Of a stretch of DNA of 64,000 nt, positions 30,845 to 40,003 are shown piece by piece. The notes under the pieces are model-generated. The model worked only from the letters and a program-made list of their open reading frames with translations, was not told where the DNA came from and made no database searches. The translations under genes and the position numbers were made by a program. The stretch's first letter is position 1, and each line of letters starts with the position of its first letter. This stretch comes from an uncultured Acidobacteriota bacterium (GTDB taxonomy: Bacteria; Actinomycetota; Acidimicrobiia; Spongiisociales; ZC4RG35), in assembly GCA_963828465.1 (NCBI GenBank), contig CAWHEU010000020.1, positions 32,001 to 96,000 on the forward strand, read 5' to 3'.

Positions 30845-32052
30845 GCTCGATGGGAACCGTGTGGCGGATAGCAATGCGGGAAATCCGCGAGCACGGAAGG
30901 TCGAAGTCGTTCTTGATCACGACGGTGGTCACGTTCCTGCTGGTGGGCGCTCTGGTCGTGGTCCCCGGGCTCATCGGCGGGGGCACCGAGGAATCCACTG
31001 TGGGCGGCGTCGGCGAGGGCAATGAGCCGATCGTTGCCGCAGCCGAGCAACTCGGCAATGCCTCCGACGAGCCCGACGCCGAGCCCTCGGTCTCGATGGA
31101 GCTGCAGGAATTCGAGGATCGGGAGGCTGCGGAAGCCGCCCTCGACGAGGGCGAGATCGATGCCATCCTGATCGACGGTTCGGAGGTGGTCGTCGAAAGT
31201 GTTGGAGGCTTTGGCGAGTCGAGCCTGCTCAGCCTCCTCCAGCGAGGCGCTGCTTCGGTCGAGTTGGAGGCCGTCGTCGCTGAAGGTGGCCAGGCCGCGG
31301 CGGATGTGATCGAGGTCATGACGTCGGATCCATTGGAGACCACGACCCTCACGGGTCCTGAAGCCGGTGACGAGACCCGGGGAGCGGTGGCGTACGCCGG
31401 GCTTCTCCTCCTCTATATCGCCGTCTTGCTCTACGGGAACTGGATGCTTTCAGGGGTGACCGAGGAGAAGTCCAATCGAGTGGTCGAGGTCCTCCTGTCG
31501 AGCGTCAAGCCGTGGCAGATCCTCGCCGGGAAGATCATCGGGATCGGCTCACTCGGCATCGCCCAGTTCGCCGGGACCATCCTGGTGGCCTTCCTCGCAG
31601 TCAATCTCACGGGTGCCATCGAATTGCCAAGTCTCGACGTGGTAGTCGTGGCCAACCTCATCTTCTGGTTCATCCTCGGGTTCCTCCTCTTCGCGGTGAT
31701 GTACGGCGCGGCAGGATCCTTGGTCAGCCGCATGGAGGACGCCCAGAACGTGGCCTTCCCGATGTCGATGATCGCTGTTGCCGGGTTTTTCGTATCGATC
31801 GCGGCACTGGGAGATCCCGACGGCACTGTCGCTGTGGTTGGCACCTTCATCCCCTTCACGGCTCCCTTCGTGGTCCCGGTCAGGGCCGCTCTCGGGGCCA
31901 TACCGGCATGGCAGTACATCGCGTCGGTCGTGATCACGATCGCCACCATCGTCGGCCTGGTGCTGGTTGCGGGCCGGATCTATGCCGGAGGACTGCTCAG
32001 GTTCGGAAGCCGAGTCAAGCTCAGGGAGGCGTGGCGTTCAGCCGACGTCTGA
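30841..32052 (+). CDS. ABC-2 exporter permease (NatB/YhaP-like)
   Basis: EEKSNRVVEVLLS..GKIIG; 1+5 TM pattern. Confidence 0.9.
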   Translation: MSSMGTVWRIAMREIREHGRSKSFLITTVVTFLLVGALVVVPGLIGGGTEESTVGGVGEGNEPIVAAAEQLGNASDEPDAEPSVSMELQEFEDREAAEAALDEGEIDAILIDGSEVVVESVGGFGESSLLSLLQRGAASVELEAVVAEGGQAAADVIEVMTSDPLETTTLTGPEAGDETRGAVAYAGLLLLYIAVLLYGNWMLSGVTEEKSNRVVEVLLSSVKPWQILAGKIIGIGSLGIAQFAGTILVAFLAVNLTGAIELPSLDVVVVANLIFWFILGFLLFAVMYGAAGSLVSRMEDAQNVAFPMSMIAVAGFFVSIAALGDPDGTVAVVGTFIPFTAPFVVPVRAALGAIPAWQYIASVVITIATIVGLVLVAGRIYAGGLLRFGSRVKLREAWRSADV

Positions 32053-32059
32053 TCTTGCC

Positions 32060-32108
32060 CAAATTGGGACCGGCAGTACCGCATGCGACATTTCTCGGTC
32101 CCAATTTG
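32060..32108. repeat. Intergenic perfect 13-bp inverted repeat (REP-like)
   Basis: CAAATTGGGACCG-N23-CGGTCCCAATTTG. Confidence 0.6.
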
Positions 32109-32128
32109 AGACGTAAAGTCGACGTTCG

Positions 32129-32458
32129 ATGGCCTACGACGAGGCACTGGCGTCCCGGGTTCGGGAGACCTTAGGCGAGAACCCCGAGATCAATGAACGA
32201 AAGATGTTCGGGGGGATCGCCTTCATGCTCTCCGGCAACATGGCGGTCGGGGTCAGCAAGGACGACCTCATGGTCCGAATCGACCCTGACGACCAGGACG
32301 AGGCGTTGGCTCAATCAGGTGTTCGAGTCTTCGACATGACCGGTCGCCCCATGAAAGGCTGGATCCTCGTGGCCCCCGAGGCCACCGAAGACGACGACGC
32401 CCTGCTCAGATGGGTAGAGGCCGGGCTCGACTTCGCCGGATCCCTCCCACCCAAATAG
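32129..32458 (+). CDS. TfoX/Sxy N-terminal-domain protein
   Basis: MAYDEALA..ERKMFGG..FM..GNM..LMVR..PMKGW. Confidence 0.88.
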   Translation: MAYDEALASRVRETLGENPEINERKMFGGIAFMLSGNMAVGVSKDDLMVRIDPDDQDEALAQSGVRVFDMTGRPMKGWILVAPEATEDDDALLRWVEAGLDFAGSLPPK

Positions 32459-32467
32459 GCTCACCGC

Positions 32468-33277
32468 GTGGGCTACGAGCACATCGAGATCGAGAGGGGC
32501 GGACATCTCGCCACCCTCTGGATAAACAGGCCCGAGAAGCTGAATGCGATGTCGGCGGACATTTGGAGGGACATCCCTGCGGCCATGGCCGAGATCGATG
32601 CCGACGACTCGGCCCGAGTCGTGATCCTGGCGGGTCGCGGGCCGGCATTCACGGTCGGTATAGACATCGAGCTCCTCGCCTCGTTGCAACCGGGAGCCGG
32701 TTCACGGGCCGAGACCAGCCTGAATCTCTATCGCACCATCAAGGACCTACAGCGCACCGCCAGCTGCCTCGCCCAATCACCCAAGCCGGTGATCGCGGCG
32801 GTCCATGGCTATTGCCTGGGAGGCGGTATGGACCTGATTACCGCGTGTGACATTCGTGTTGCCTCTGAGGACGCGACCTTCTCGATACGCGAGACCCGGA
32901 TGGGGCTGGTCGCCGATGTGGGGTCGTTGCAGCGTCTGCCGGCCATCGTCGGGCCGGGCCACACCGCCGAGCTCGCCTACACGGGCAAGGACATCGACGC
33001 CGCCCGGGCATTGGAGATCGGCCTGGTCAACTCTGTGCTTCCCTCCGCAGACGCCGCCCTCCAAAGCGCCAGAGACACTGCCGCCGAGATCGCCAATAAC
33101 TCGCCTCTTGTCGTTCGGGGCATCAAGCAGGCTCTCGCCGGCAACGAGGGGCAAACGGTCGAGCAGGCGCTGGACAAGGCGGCACAGTGGAACGCCGCGT
33201 ATTTGATCTCGAACGATCTGACTGAGGCGATCACCTCCTTCGTTCAGAAGAGGAAGCCGGACTTCACCGGCACCTGA
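32468..33277 (+). CDS. Enoyl-CoA hydratase/isomerase (crotonase; ECH1-like)
   Basis: NRPEKLNAM, FTVGID, HGYCLGGGMDL..ACDIR, ADVGSLQRL. Confidence 0.92.
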   Translation: MGYEHIEIERGGHLATLWINRPEKLNAMSADIWRDIPAAMAEIDADDSARVVILAGRGPAFTVGIDIELLASLQPGAGSRAETSLNLYRTIKDLQRTASCLAQSPKPVIAAVHGYCLGGGMDLITACDIRVASEDATFSIRETRMGLVADVGSLQRLPAIVGPGHTAELAYTGKDIDAARALEIGLVNSVLPSADAALQSARDTAAEIANNSPLVVRGIKQALAGNEGQTVEQALDKAAQWNAAYLISNDLTEAITSFVQKRKPDFTGT

Positions 33278-34059
33278 TGGGGTCACGATCCGCCCTGGCC
33301 GTTCTCGCGGCCTCCATGCTCGTCGTAGGCGCCTGTGGCGGGGACGCCGCTTCATCGACCACCACAACGACCGCCATCGAAACCACGACATCATCCCTCG
33401 TCACCACGACCACATCGATAGCGACCACCACCAGCACCACCTCAGCAACGACCACCACCACACCGGGGACCACCACCAGCGCATCAGAGCTGCCGGGGGA
33501 GCCGATCGACTTCGGACCGGCAGCAGGCGACACCCTTGCGGTGGTCGGGGTCGCCCACGACGATGTCCTGAACCTGCGGGCAGCCCCCGGGGTTGACCGG
33601 GAGATCCTGGATGGGATCCCGCCCACCTACGACTCCCTGACTGCCGTAGGCCAGACCCGTGAGCTACCGGAGTCGTTCTGGATCGCCGTCGACTACGAGG
33701 GCACCGAGGGCTGGGTGAACCTCACCTTCATCGGGTATCTCGGCGACACCGCCGACATCACCCATGCCGTGACCGAGCAACTCGGCGGGACTTCTGGAGC
33801 AGAGACGATGCTCGAACTCGGATTGATCGTTGCCGAGGGCATTGCAGGTGACTCTTCAGCCGACATCGTGATGAGCGTGGCACCCACCGTGGGTGACCTC
33901 GGAGAAGTCACATTCGACGTCACCGGCTTCGAAGATGACTCCGTTCGTGGAAGCCGGCTCCATGTCTTCGGCCAGCCGATCGACGAGGCCTTCTTGCTCG
34001 CCTCTGTCGAAGAAACCGTCATATGCGCCAGGGGTGTCGACGCCGGCAACTGCGTCTGA
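33277..34059 (+). CDS. Lipoprotein with Thr-rich stalk and SH3-like domain
   Basis: Lipobox VGAC; poly-Thr tract; DDVLNLRAAPG...W..V...EGWVN; DDSVRG. Confidence 0.7.
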   Translation: MGSRSALAVLAASMLVVGACGGDAASSTTTTTAIETTTSSLVTTTTSIATTTSTTSATTTTTPGTTTSASELPGEPIDFGPAAGDTLAVVGVAHDDVLNLRAAPGVDREILDGIPPTYDSLTAVGQTRELPESFWIAVDYEGTEGWVNLTFIGYLGDTADITHAVTEQLGGTSGAETMLELGLIVAEGIAGDSSADIVMSVAPTVGDLGEVTFDVTGFEDDSVRGSRLHVFGQPIDEAFLLASVEETVICARGVDAGNCV

Positions 34060-34094
34060 ACAGGAGTGGTGAAAGGCTCCGCTGGTTGGGATCT

Positions 34095-35276
34095 TCAGTC
34101 ACGCAACCAGAGTGACATCGACTTTGGGTGCATGCTGTCTGCCGCCACGACCTGGAGATCTCGCCCCAGCTCGTCCAGGTCGACCTCGGTGCGGAGACGT
34201 TGTGCGAAGGCTTCAATGGTTCGGGACAGGTCGTAGCGGGTGCGGTTGAACCTGCGATCGACGATCGACTGGACTCGCCGACGAAGCGGGTTGAAGAGTG
34301 CCGCGACTGCCAAGGTCGAGGCGGCCACGACAAGGCTGTTTCCTTGTGCAGGAAGTAGGTCACCGAGCACGAAGACCAACGCGACATAGGTCAAAGCAAG
34401 AAGAGCGGTGACTGCACCGTATGACACCGTGCGGGAGATGATTCGGTCAATGTCATAGAGCCTGTATCGAAGGATCGCCATCCCGATCGAGACCGGCACC
34501 ACGGTGATTGACAACGCGGTCACGAGGTTCCCGGTGTCGTCGCTCAACTCGGTCGATCCATTGACCATGTCCCAAACAACGGTTCCCGCCAAACCGATCG
34601 CGAGCACCACGACGCCAAACGCCACCCACTTCAGTTGTTGCTTCTCTTCGGCCAAGGCGCGGCGATATCGGACGATCAGCGAGGACACCGAGGCCAGGAT
34701 CGATATCAGGGTCAAGTAGAACCCGCCTTCGAACACGCGGAGTATCGGGCTTGCCTCTTCGATGGCGAGCGGGTTCTCGATGGGAAGACCCTCGAAAGCT
34801 CCCGGGCCGAACAGGACCGCCGAGAACATCAAAGCCATGCCGATCGCCGACATCCAGCCCACCAACCTCCAGCGCGGCGAGGGGAGGCGACCGGTGGGGA
34901 ACAGAAGTAACAGAAATGTCGCCGACACCCCGAAGCCCAGCTGGAACATGAGATCGCCGAGCCAGACCGCCATCGGGCCAACGGGTAGGGAGCCCGGTTC
35001 GGCGACGGCAACCTCGACATAGGCGACCAGCAACGAGCCGGTGGCGAAGCCAAAGGCGGCGAGCCGGAGAAGCCACCCGATCGTGTTCCCGGGCCGGCGC
35101 AGCCCGATGAGGGTCCCAACGACGCCGGTGGTCACGACGAATAGCACCGTGGCGTAGGCTGTGGCGTCGGACCCAGGGCCCCGCCCGGTGAGAGTCGACA
35201 GGAAAATGGCGCCGACTATCTCGAGCATGATCAAGGCGAAGGTCGCGACCACAGGCCATGAACCGGATCGCTTCAT
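34095..35276 (-). CDS. Multi-pass membrane sensor-like protein, paralog R1
   Basis: RPGNTIGW, LLFPTGR, QQLKWV, RYRLYDIDRIISRTVSY..AALFNPLRRRVQ..DRRFNR..HPKSMSLWLR. Confidence 0.85.
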   Translation of the reverse strand: MKRSGSWPVVATFALIMLEIVGAIFLSTLTGRGPGSDATAYATVLFVVTTGVVGTLIGLRRPGNTIGWLLRLAAFGFATGSLLVAYVEVAVAEPGSLPVGPMAVWLGDLMFQLGFGVSATFLLLLFPTGRLPSPRWRLVGWMSAIGMALMFSAVLFGPGAFEGLPIENPLAIEEASPILRVFEGGFYLTLISILASVSSLIVRYRRALAEEKQQLKWVAFGVVVLAIGLAGTVVWDMVNGSTELSDDTGNLVTALSITVVPVSIGMAILRYRLYDIDRIISRTVSYGAVTALLALTYVALVFVLGDLLPAQGNSLVVAASTLAVAALFNPLRRRVQSIVDRRFNRTRYDLSRTIEAFAQRLRTEVDLDELGRDLQVVAADSMHPKSMSLWLRD

Positions 35277-35743
35277 GGTCGCATCGGCCGTTCATCGCGG
35301 ACGGTGTTTTCGCCGTGATTTCGACCCACCATCGTCAAGACGATCAGGATCACGGGCAGGACGATATTCGCGATCACAACGCCTGTCGTCAGCCCGACGC
35401 CCGATCCGGTCCGAAGCAGTCTCCACGTGATGGGTTCCGCAAGCATCCCGACTAGAAAACCCGCGGCGAGCACTGCCAGGGCAACCAACCCGACGTCAGC
35501 ATGTCCGCGTTCCCTGTGAAGCACCACGTTTGCCGCTACCAGGGCGATCAGTAGGACAAGAGGTGCGGACAGGGCGGTGCCCAGGCCGAAGACAAAGCTG
35601 GGCAGCGGGGCCATGCCTAGGTCCCAGCCGAAGGGACGGCCGGCCATACCCTCCTGCACCGCCACCCAGGTGCCCAGTGCCGCCGTACCGATGTAGAGCC
35701 CCGACACCGTTGTGATCGCCAACAGCCGACCGCTGACGTTCAC
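35273..35743 (-). CDS. Hypothetical integral membrane protein
   Basis: About four hydrophobic segments; stop overlaps the R1 start. Confidence 0.65.
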   Translation of the reverse strand: MNVSGRLLAITTVSGLYIGTAALGTWVAVQEGMAGRPFGWDLGMAPLPSFVFGLGTALSAPLVLLIALVAANVVLHRERGHADVGLVALAVLAAGFLVGMLAEPITWRLLRTGSGVGLTTGVVIANIVLPVILIVLTMVGRNHGENTVRDERPMRP

Positions 35744-35753
35744 ACTCCCGCTG

Positions 35754-36437
35754 CTACCGATCTTGACGTAGGAGTGTGCGCAGGGCCGAGTTCTTGTAGA
35801 TATTGGAGAACTGATTCCACTGTCGCTTCTTGTCGACCAGCTGCACGCTGGTCTCGACGACGGGCGTCACGATCCCGAAGTGCGCCGCTACCTGGGTCAG
35901 CGTGTGGGTCCAGATCCTGTCCTCCAGCCGTGAGGTGTAGAGCTTGAAGCTCGCCTCGTAGAGGGGGTCGTTGGCGCGCACCAAGAGATGGATTCGGGTC
36001 ACGGTCACTCCGTCATCCGCCTCATGGGCGCTGAATGTGATAATGGCCGCCCACGGATGGCCCTCTGGCGTCATGTATGACCAGGATCGATCGTCGGCGT
36101 AGATGACCCGGACGCCCGTCGTGATCTTGGCCGGCCCCTTACCCCCTCCGATAACAGCCACCTCACCGGGGGCGATGCCGCCTACCGGGGCGTAGAACTT
36201 GTTGTCGGGGTGCCAGAACTCGCCGAAGTTGGCCTTCCACGTGGCGATGACCTCTTCCGGTGTCGGGCCCGGGATGCGCACCTCATAGGTCTTCTGCCAC
36301 AGCTGGCCGAAGCCCTGCAGCGGGCCGGTGGGCTTGCGACCCTCCACGTTGCCCTTGCGTGCACCCTCGGCGACTTCCCCGACGTGGAAAGCATCCACCG
36401 GCTGTGCCCAATTCTCAGTATCCCTCGGCTCGGTCAA
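35754..36437 (-). CDS. Conserved-looking soluble hypothetical protein (possibly DUF1990/START-like)
   Basis: GAAAGGA RBS then TTG; GPLQGFGQLWQKTY, MTPEGHP, RANDPLYE; family assignment tentative. Confidence 0.65.
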   Translation of the reverse strand: MTEPRDTENWAQPVDAFHVGEVAEGARKGNVEGRKPTGPLQGFGQLWQKTYEVRIPGPTPEEVIATWKANFGEFWHPDNKFYAPVGGIAPGEVAVIGGGKGPAKITTGVRVIYADDRSWSYMTPEGHPWAAIITFSAHEADDGVTVTRIHLLVRANDPLYEASFKLYTSRLEDRIWTHTLTQVAAHFGIVTPVVETSVQLVDKKRQWNQFSNIYKNSALRTLLRQDR

Positions 36438-36477
36438 CTCGGTCCTTTCTCCGATGCCACCCACTAGACCACAGAGG

Positions 36478-36555
36478 CGTTCCGCCATCGTTACGGGCGA
36501 CTTCGTCCCGGCTCGAGTAGCTGGTGACCATGTCGTAACGCTCCTCGGGCACAAT
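36478..36555. promoter_or_regulatory. Two back-to-back GTAACG direct-repeat promoters (divergent)
   Basis: Minus: GTAACG-atggc-GGAACG (36478-36494). Plus: GTGACC-atgtc-GTAACG-N9-CACAAT (36524-36555). Confidence 0.6.
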
Positions 36556-36564
36556 CATGGGCAT

Positions 36565-37959
36565 ATGGTCGAATATGACGCAGTCGTCGTCGGCTCCGGC
36601 CCCAACGGGCTCTCCGCCGCCGCGGAGCTGTCACGACGCGGGCGAAGGGTGCTGGTAGTCGAGCAGGCCGACGAGATTGGTGGTGGGACCAGGACCGAGG
36701 AATTGACCCTTCCCGGGTTCGCCCATGACATCTGTTCGGCGATCCATCCCCTCGGTGTCGCCTCGCCATTCTTCCGCGACCTCGGGCTCGAGGTGGAGTG
36801 GGTGCATCCCGCCGTCCCCCTCGCCCACCCGCTCGGCGAAGGCCGAGCCGGAGTCGTTTTTCGAGACGTCGACGCCACTGCCGATCGATTCGGCCCAGAC
36901 GCCCGCCACTACACGCGAATCTTCGGGCCGCTGGTCGAGGCGGCAGATGCGGTGATGGAGGACTTCCTGGGACCAATGACCCTGGTCCCCGACAACCCGG
37001 GGAGCTTCGTCAAGCTGGCCACTCGGGGCGCCCTACCGGCTTCGATCATTGCCTCAGGGTTCTCCTCGGAGGAGGCCCGCGGCGTCCTCGCCGGTCTGGC
37101 CGCCCACGCCATCGCCCCGTTCAGCTCTCCCCTCACCGGAGGCGTGGCACTGCTCTTCGGGGTCGCTGCCCACGCATATGGCTGGCCGATGGCCCGCGGT
37201 GGATCACAACGAATCGCCGAGGCACTCGCCAAGATCATCCTCGACGGAGGCGGCAGCATCGAGACAGGCCGCATGATCGGCTCCATCGACGAACTTCCCA
37301 GCAACGACGCGGTCATTCTGGACGTGATGCCTCGTGCCGCCGTACGAATCGGCGGCGGCCGGGTCAGCCCTCGCGAGCGCCGCCGGATGACGGGTTTGAA
37401 GGTCGGGCCGGCTGTGTTCAAAGTCGACTGGGCCTTGGACGGCCCGATCCCGTGGGCAGACGAGTGGAGTCCCCAGGCCGGGACCGTCCATGTCGGCGGG
37501 ACCTGGGAGCAGGTCGCCGAAGCAGAGGACCAGGTTCACGCCGGGAATCATCCAGAGCGACCGCTGGTCCTGGTCGCCCAACAGTCCAGGTTCGACCCCA
37601 CCCGGGCGCCGGAGGGGAAACACACTGCCTGGGGCTACTGCCACGTCCCTTCGGGATCCGATGTCGACATGACCGAGGCGATCGAGACGCAGATGGAGCG
37701 TTTCGCCCCTGGCTTCAGGGACCTGATCCTCGAGCGGCACACCATGAACGCCGGCCAGTTCGAAGCGCACAACCCCAACTACATCCGGGGCGACATCGCC
37801 GGGGGCGGGTTCGGAGTGAAGAAGGTCTTCCAGCTCGGTGCGACGGCCCCGTATCGGATCGGCGACGGTCTTTTCCTGTGCTCGTCAGCCACCCCACCCG
37901 GAGCAGGGGTGCACGGTATGTGTGGCTACTACGCCGCCCGGGCCGCCCTCAAGGGCTAG
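36565..37959 (+). CDS. Phytoene-desaturase-like FAD-dependent oxidoreductase
   Basis: VVGSGPNGL..E, HDICSAIHP, FAPGFRD, CSSATPPGAGVHGMCG. Confidence 0.9.
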   Translation: MVEYDAVVVGSGPNGLSAAAELSRRGRRVLVVEQADEIGGGTRTEELTLPGFAHDICSAIHPLGVASPFFRDLGLEVEWVHPAVPLAHPLGEGRAGVVFRDVDATADRFGPDARHYTRIFGPLVEAADAVMEDFLGPMTLVPDNPGSFVKLATRGALPASIIASGFSSEEARGVLAGLAAHAIAPFSSPLTGGVALLFGVAAHAYGWPMARGGSQRIAEALAKIILDGGGSIETGRMIGSIDELPSNDAVILDVMPRAAVRIGGGRVSPRERRRMTGLKVGPAVFKVDWALDGPIPWADEWSPQAGTVHVGGTWEQVAEAEDQVHAGNHPERPLVLVAQQSRFDPTRAPEGKHTAWGYCHVPSGSDVDMTEAIETQMERFAPGFRDLILERHTMNAGQFEAHNPNYIRGDIAGGGFGVKKVFQLGATAPYRIGDGLFLCSSATPPGAGVHGMCGYYAARAALKG

Positions 37960-39172
37960 ACGGGGCAGGTGCTTCCTCCACACCTCGCACCCACATGCCA
38001 ATGGAATCGGGCTGCATGGTCGACGAGACCACATCGACCCAGCCGGTCGTCACCTCTTCAGGGTCGACTTGGTCCCGGAGGGAAAAAGCGAAGCCGTCCA
38101 TCACCCGCTGGGCGTCATAGCGCTGGCGATTGAACCGGCGGTCCACCCCACCCTGGACCCTCCTCCGGAGCGGATTGAACAGGGCAGCCACGACCAGCGT
38201 CGAGCCGGCCACTGCAAGGTCCGATGACTCGGTCGGCAGCAGAGATGACATCAAGGCGACCACACCGAGGAACGCTCCTGCCAACACCCCGACCACCAGG
38301 GCATAAGAAACCGTCCGGGACACGATCCGGTCGATCTCATAGAGCCGGTAGCGGAGGACGGCCACGCCGAACGAGAGTGGAAACAGAATCATCATCACGT
38401 AAGCGGGGCTCCAAGCATCATCACCCGGATCACCTGCGCCGATACCGATCGAGATGAAGATGTACATGAAGGTGCCGACCACCGCCGTGGTCAAGAGGAC
38501 GAAGGCGAAAACCACCCAGGTGAACTGAGCCCGCTCCGCGCCGACGGCGCGGCGCCTCTTGATCACAAGCGACACGGCCCCGCCGAGCAGAATGGCCACG
38601 ATGCCGAGGAGGGCGACATAACCGAGCCACTCGGGGAGAAAGCCGATTGGGTTGACCGTCTCGGTCGACGATTCGGCACCGCCCAGGGTCTCGGTGAGGG
38701 CGGTGGCGATCAGCAGGATCGGGAGCATCCTGACAGCCGCACGTCCTGCCCTGGCCCATAGACCGCTGCCCGCGGGCAGATGCCCGGAGGGAAAGGTCAA
38801 GGTCAGGACGGCGAACAGGCAAAACACCAGAGCCCAACCCCAGCTCGACACCCAGGCGGCGAGCACAGGGGAAACACCCGGCAGACCAATGAGCCCGTCG
38901 GCCCACAACACGGCCAAACCAATGAGGATCAGCAGCCAGCCGGTGGGGTGGCCGTCCCGACGTATGACGATCAGACCGCCGATCGCCGCATAGATCACAA
39001 AGCCGAAGGCGACGAGGACGTCGTCGGCGAGGGCACGATCTCCCAGTGTCAACTGAACGCCGGAGAGCCCAAGCCCGGCCGCGATGAGCAGGCCAAGCAG
39101 GGCCCAGCGAGCAAAACGATTGGGTCGAGCCGATGTCTCCGTCGACTCTGTCACGGGTTCCACCACGGCCAT
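37949..39172 (-). CDS. Multi-pass membrane sensor-like protein, paralog R2
   Basis: LTFPSG; RYRLYEIDRIVSRTVSY..LFNPLRRRVQ..RYDAQ..TMQPDSIGMWVR; start may be a GTG a few codons in. Confidence 0.85.
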   Translation of the reverse strand: MAVVEPVTESTETSARPNRFARWALLGLLIAAGLGLSGVQLTLGDRALADDVLVAFGFVIYAAIGGLIVIRRDGHPTGWLLILIGLAVLWADGLIGLPGVSPVLAAWVSSWGWALVFCLFAVLTLTFPSGHLPAGSGLWARAGRAAVRMLPILLIATALTETLGGAESSTETVNPIGFLPEWLGYVALLGIVAILLGGAVSLVIKRRRAVGAERAQFTWVVFAFVLLTTAVVGTFMYIFISIGIGAGDPGDDAWSPAYVMMILFPLSFGVAVLRYRLYEIDRIVSRTVSYALVVGVLAGAFLGVVALMSSLLPTESSDLAVAGSTLVVAALFNPLRRRVQGGVDRRFNRQRYDAQRVMDGFAFSLRDQVDPEEVTTGWVDVVSSTMQPDSIGMWVRGVEEAPAPSSP

Positions 39173-39202
39173 TCTGCCCGGGAGCCGTTACGAAAGCGGT
39201 AC
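39171..39202 (-). promoter_or_regulatory. GTAACG direct-repeat promoter of R2
   Basis: Minus: GTACCG-ctttc-GTAACG-N9-CAGAAT. Confidence 0.6.
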
Positions 39203-39296
39203 AGAGTCGCGATCAGAGACGAGCACTCATACGCCCAACCCCGAAGCTGAGACGATTCGACCCGGATATGGGCCGGAGAACCTGAGGTTCGCCGAA

Positions 39297-39647
39297 TTAA
39301 ACGGCGGCCAGGGCCGACGACTCGTCGTCGAAGATCTCGATCGCCTCGTCGAGACGAGTGAGCGAGAAGATCTGGGTGTAGTGATCAGTCAGGCCGTAGG
39401 CCATGAGTCGATGGCCACTGCGCTGAGCGCGGATCAGCGTGGTGACCAGGAGGCCAATGCCTCCACTGTTCATGTAATCGAGACCCTCGAAATTGAGTAC
39501 GACTGCGGCGACCCCGCCCTGCGAGGCCTCGTCGTGTGCGGCCGAGATCTCCTTCTCGGAGAACCCGGTGATCTCACCGGTGATGTCGATGACTCTGACC
39601 GTCGGAGTCGCCTCCCTCACGGTCATCGTCACATTGGCTGTTGGCAT
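39297..39647 (-). CDS. STAS anti-anti-sigma factor (RsbV-like) 2
   Basis: GGAGGA RBS; LDYMNSGGIG phospho-Ser motif; IFSLTRLD. Confidence 0.9.
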   Translation of the reverse strand: MPTANVTMTVREATPTVRVIDITGEITGFSEKEISAAHDEASQGGVAAVVLNFEGLDYMNSGGIGLLVTTLIRAQRSGHRLMAYGLTDHYTQIFSLTRLDEAIEIFDDESSALAAV

Positions 39648-39661
39648 TTTCCTCCCTCTCC

Positions 39662-40003
39662 TCACCCGGCCGCTACTGCGGCCGTCTCATCGTCATAGAT
39701 AGTCATGAAATCGGACAGACGGGTGATGTTGAACACCTCCCGATAGTGCTCGGTCAGACCGAAAGCGCCGACCTCACGGTCCTCCGCCCGGGCCATGGCC
39801 AGCACCCCGACGATGACCGCGATCCCGGTGGAATTGATGTAGTCCACCCCCCGGAAGTCCATCAGGATCCGCCCGGGATGGGCGGCCGCTTCCTCGTAGG
39901 CCGTCTCCAGGTCCTGCTTGGCTGCCCGGTTCACGGTCCCGCTCATGACCACCACCGAACCCTCGTCGGTCCTGGCCACCGTTGCCTCGAACACGCTCTC
40001 CAT
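39662..40003 (-). CDS. STAS anti-anti-sigma factor (RsbV-like) 1
   Basis: VDYINSTGIA phospho-Ser motif; VFNITRL. Confidence 0.9.
   Translation of the reverse strand: MESVFEATVARTDEGSVVVMSGTVNRAAKQDLETAYEEAAAHPGRILMDFRGVDYINSTGIAVIVGVLAMARAEDREVGAFGLTEHYREVFNITRLSDFMTIYDDETAAVAAG

Noticed and set aside
33350-33485. ACC-rich low-complexity tract (also near 20490-20600)
   Set aside because: Encodes ordinary Thr-rich lipoprotein linkers, not a DNA repeat element.
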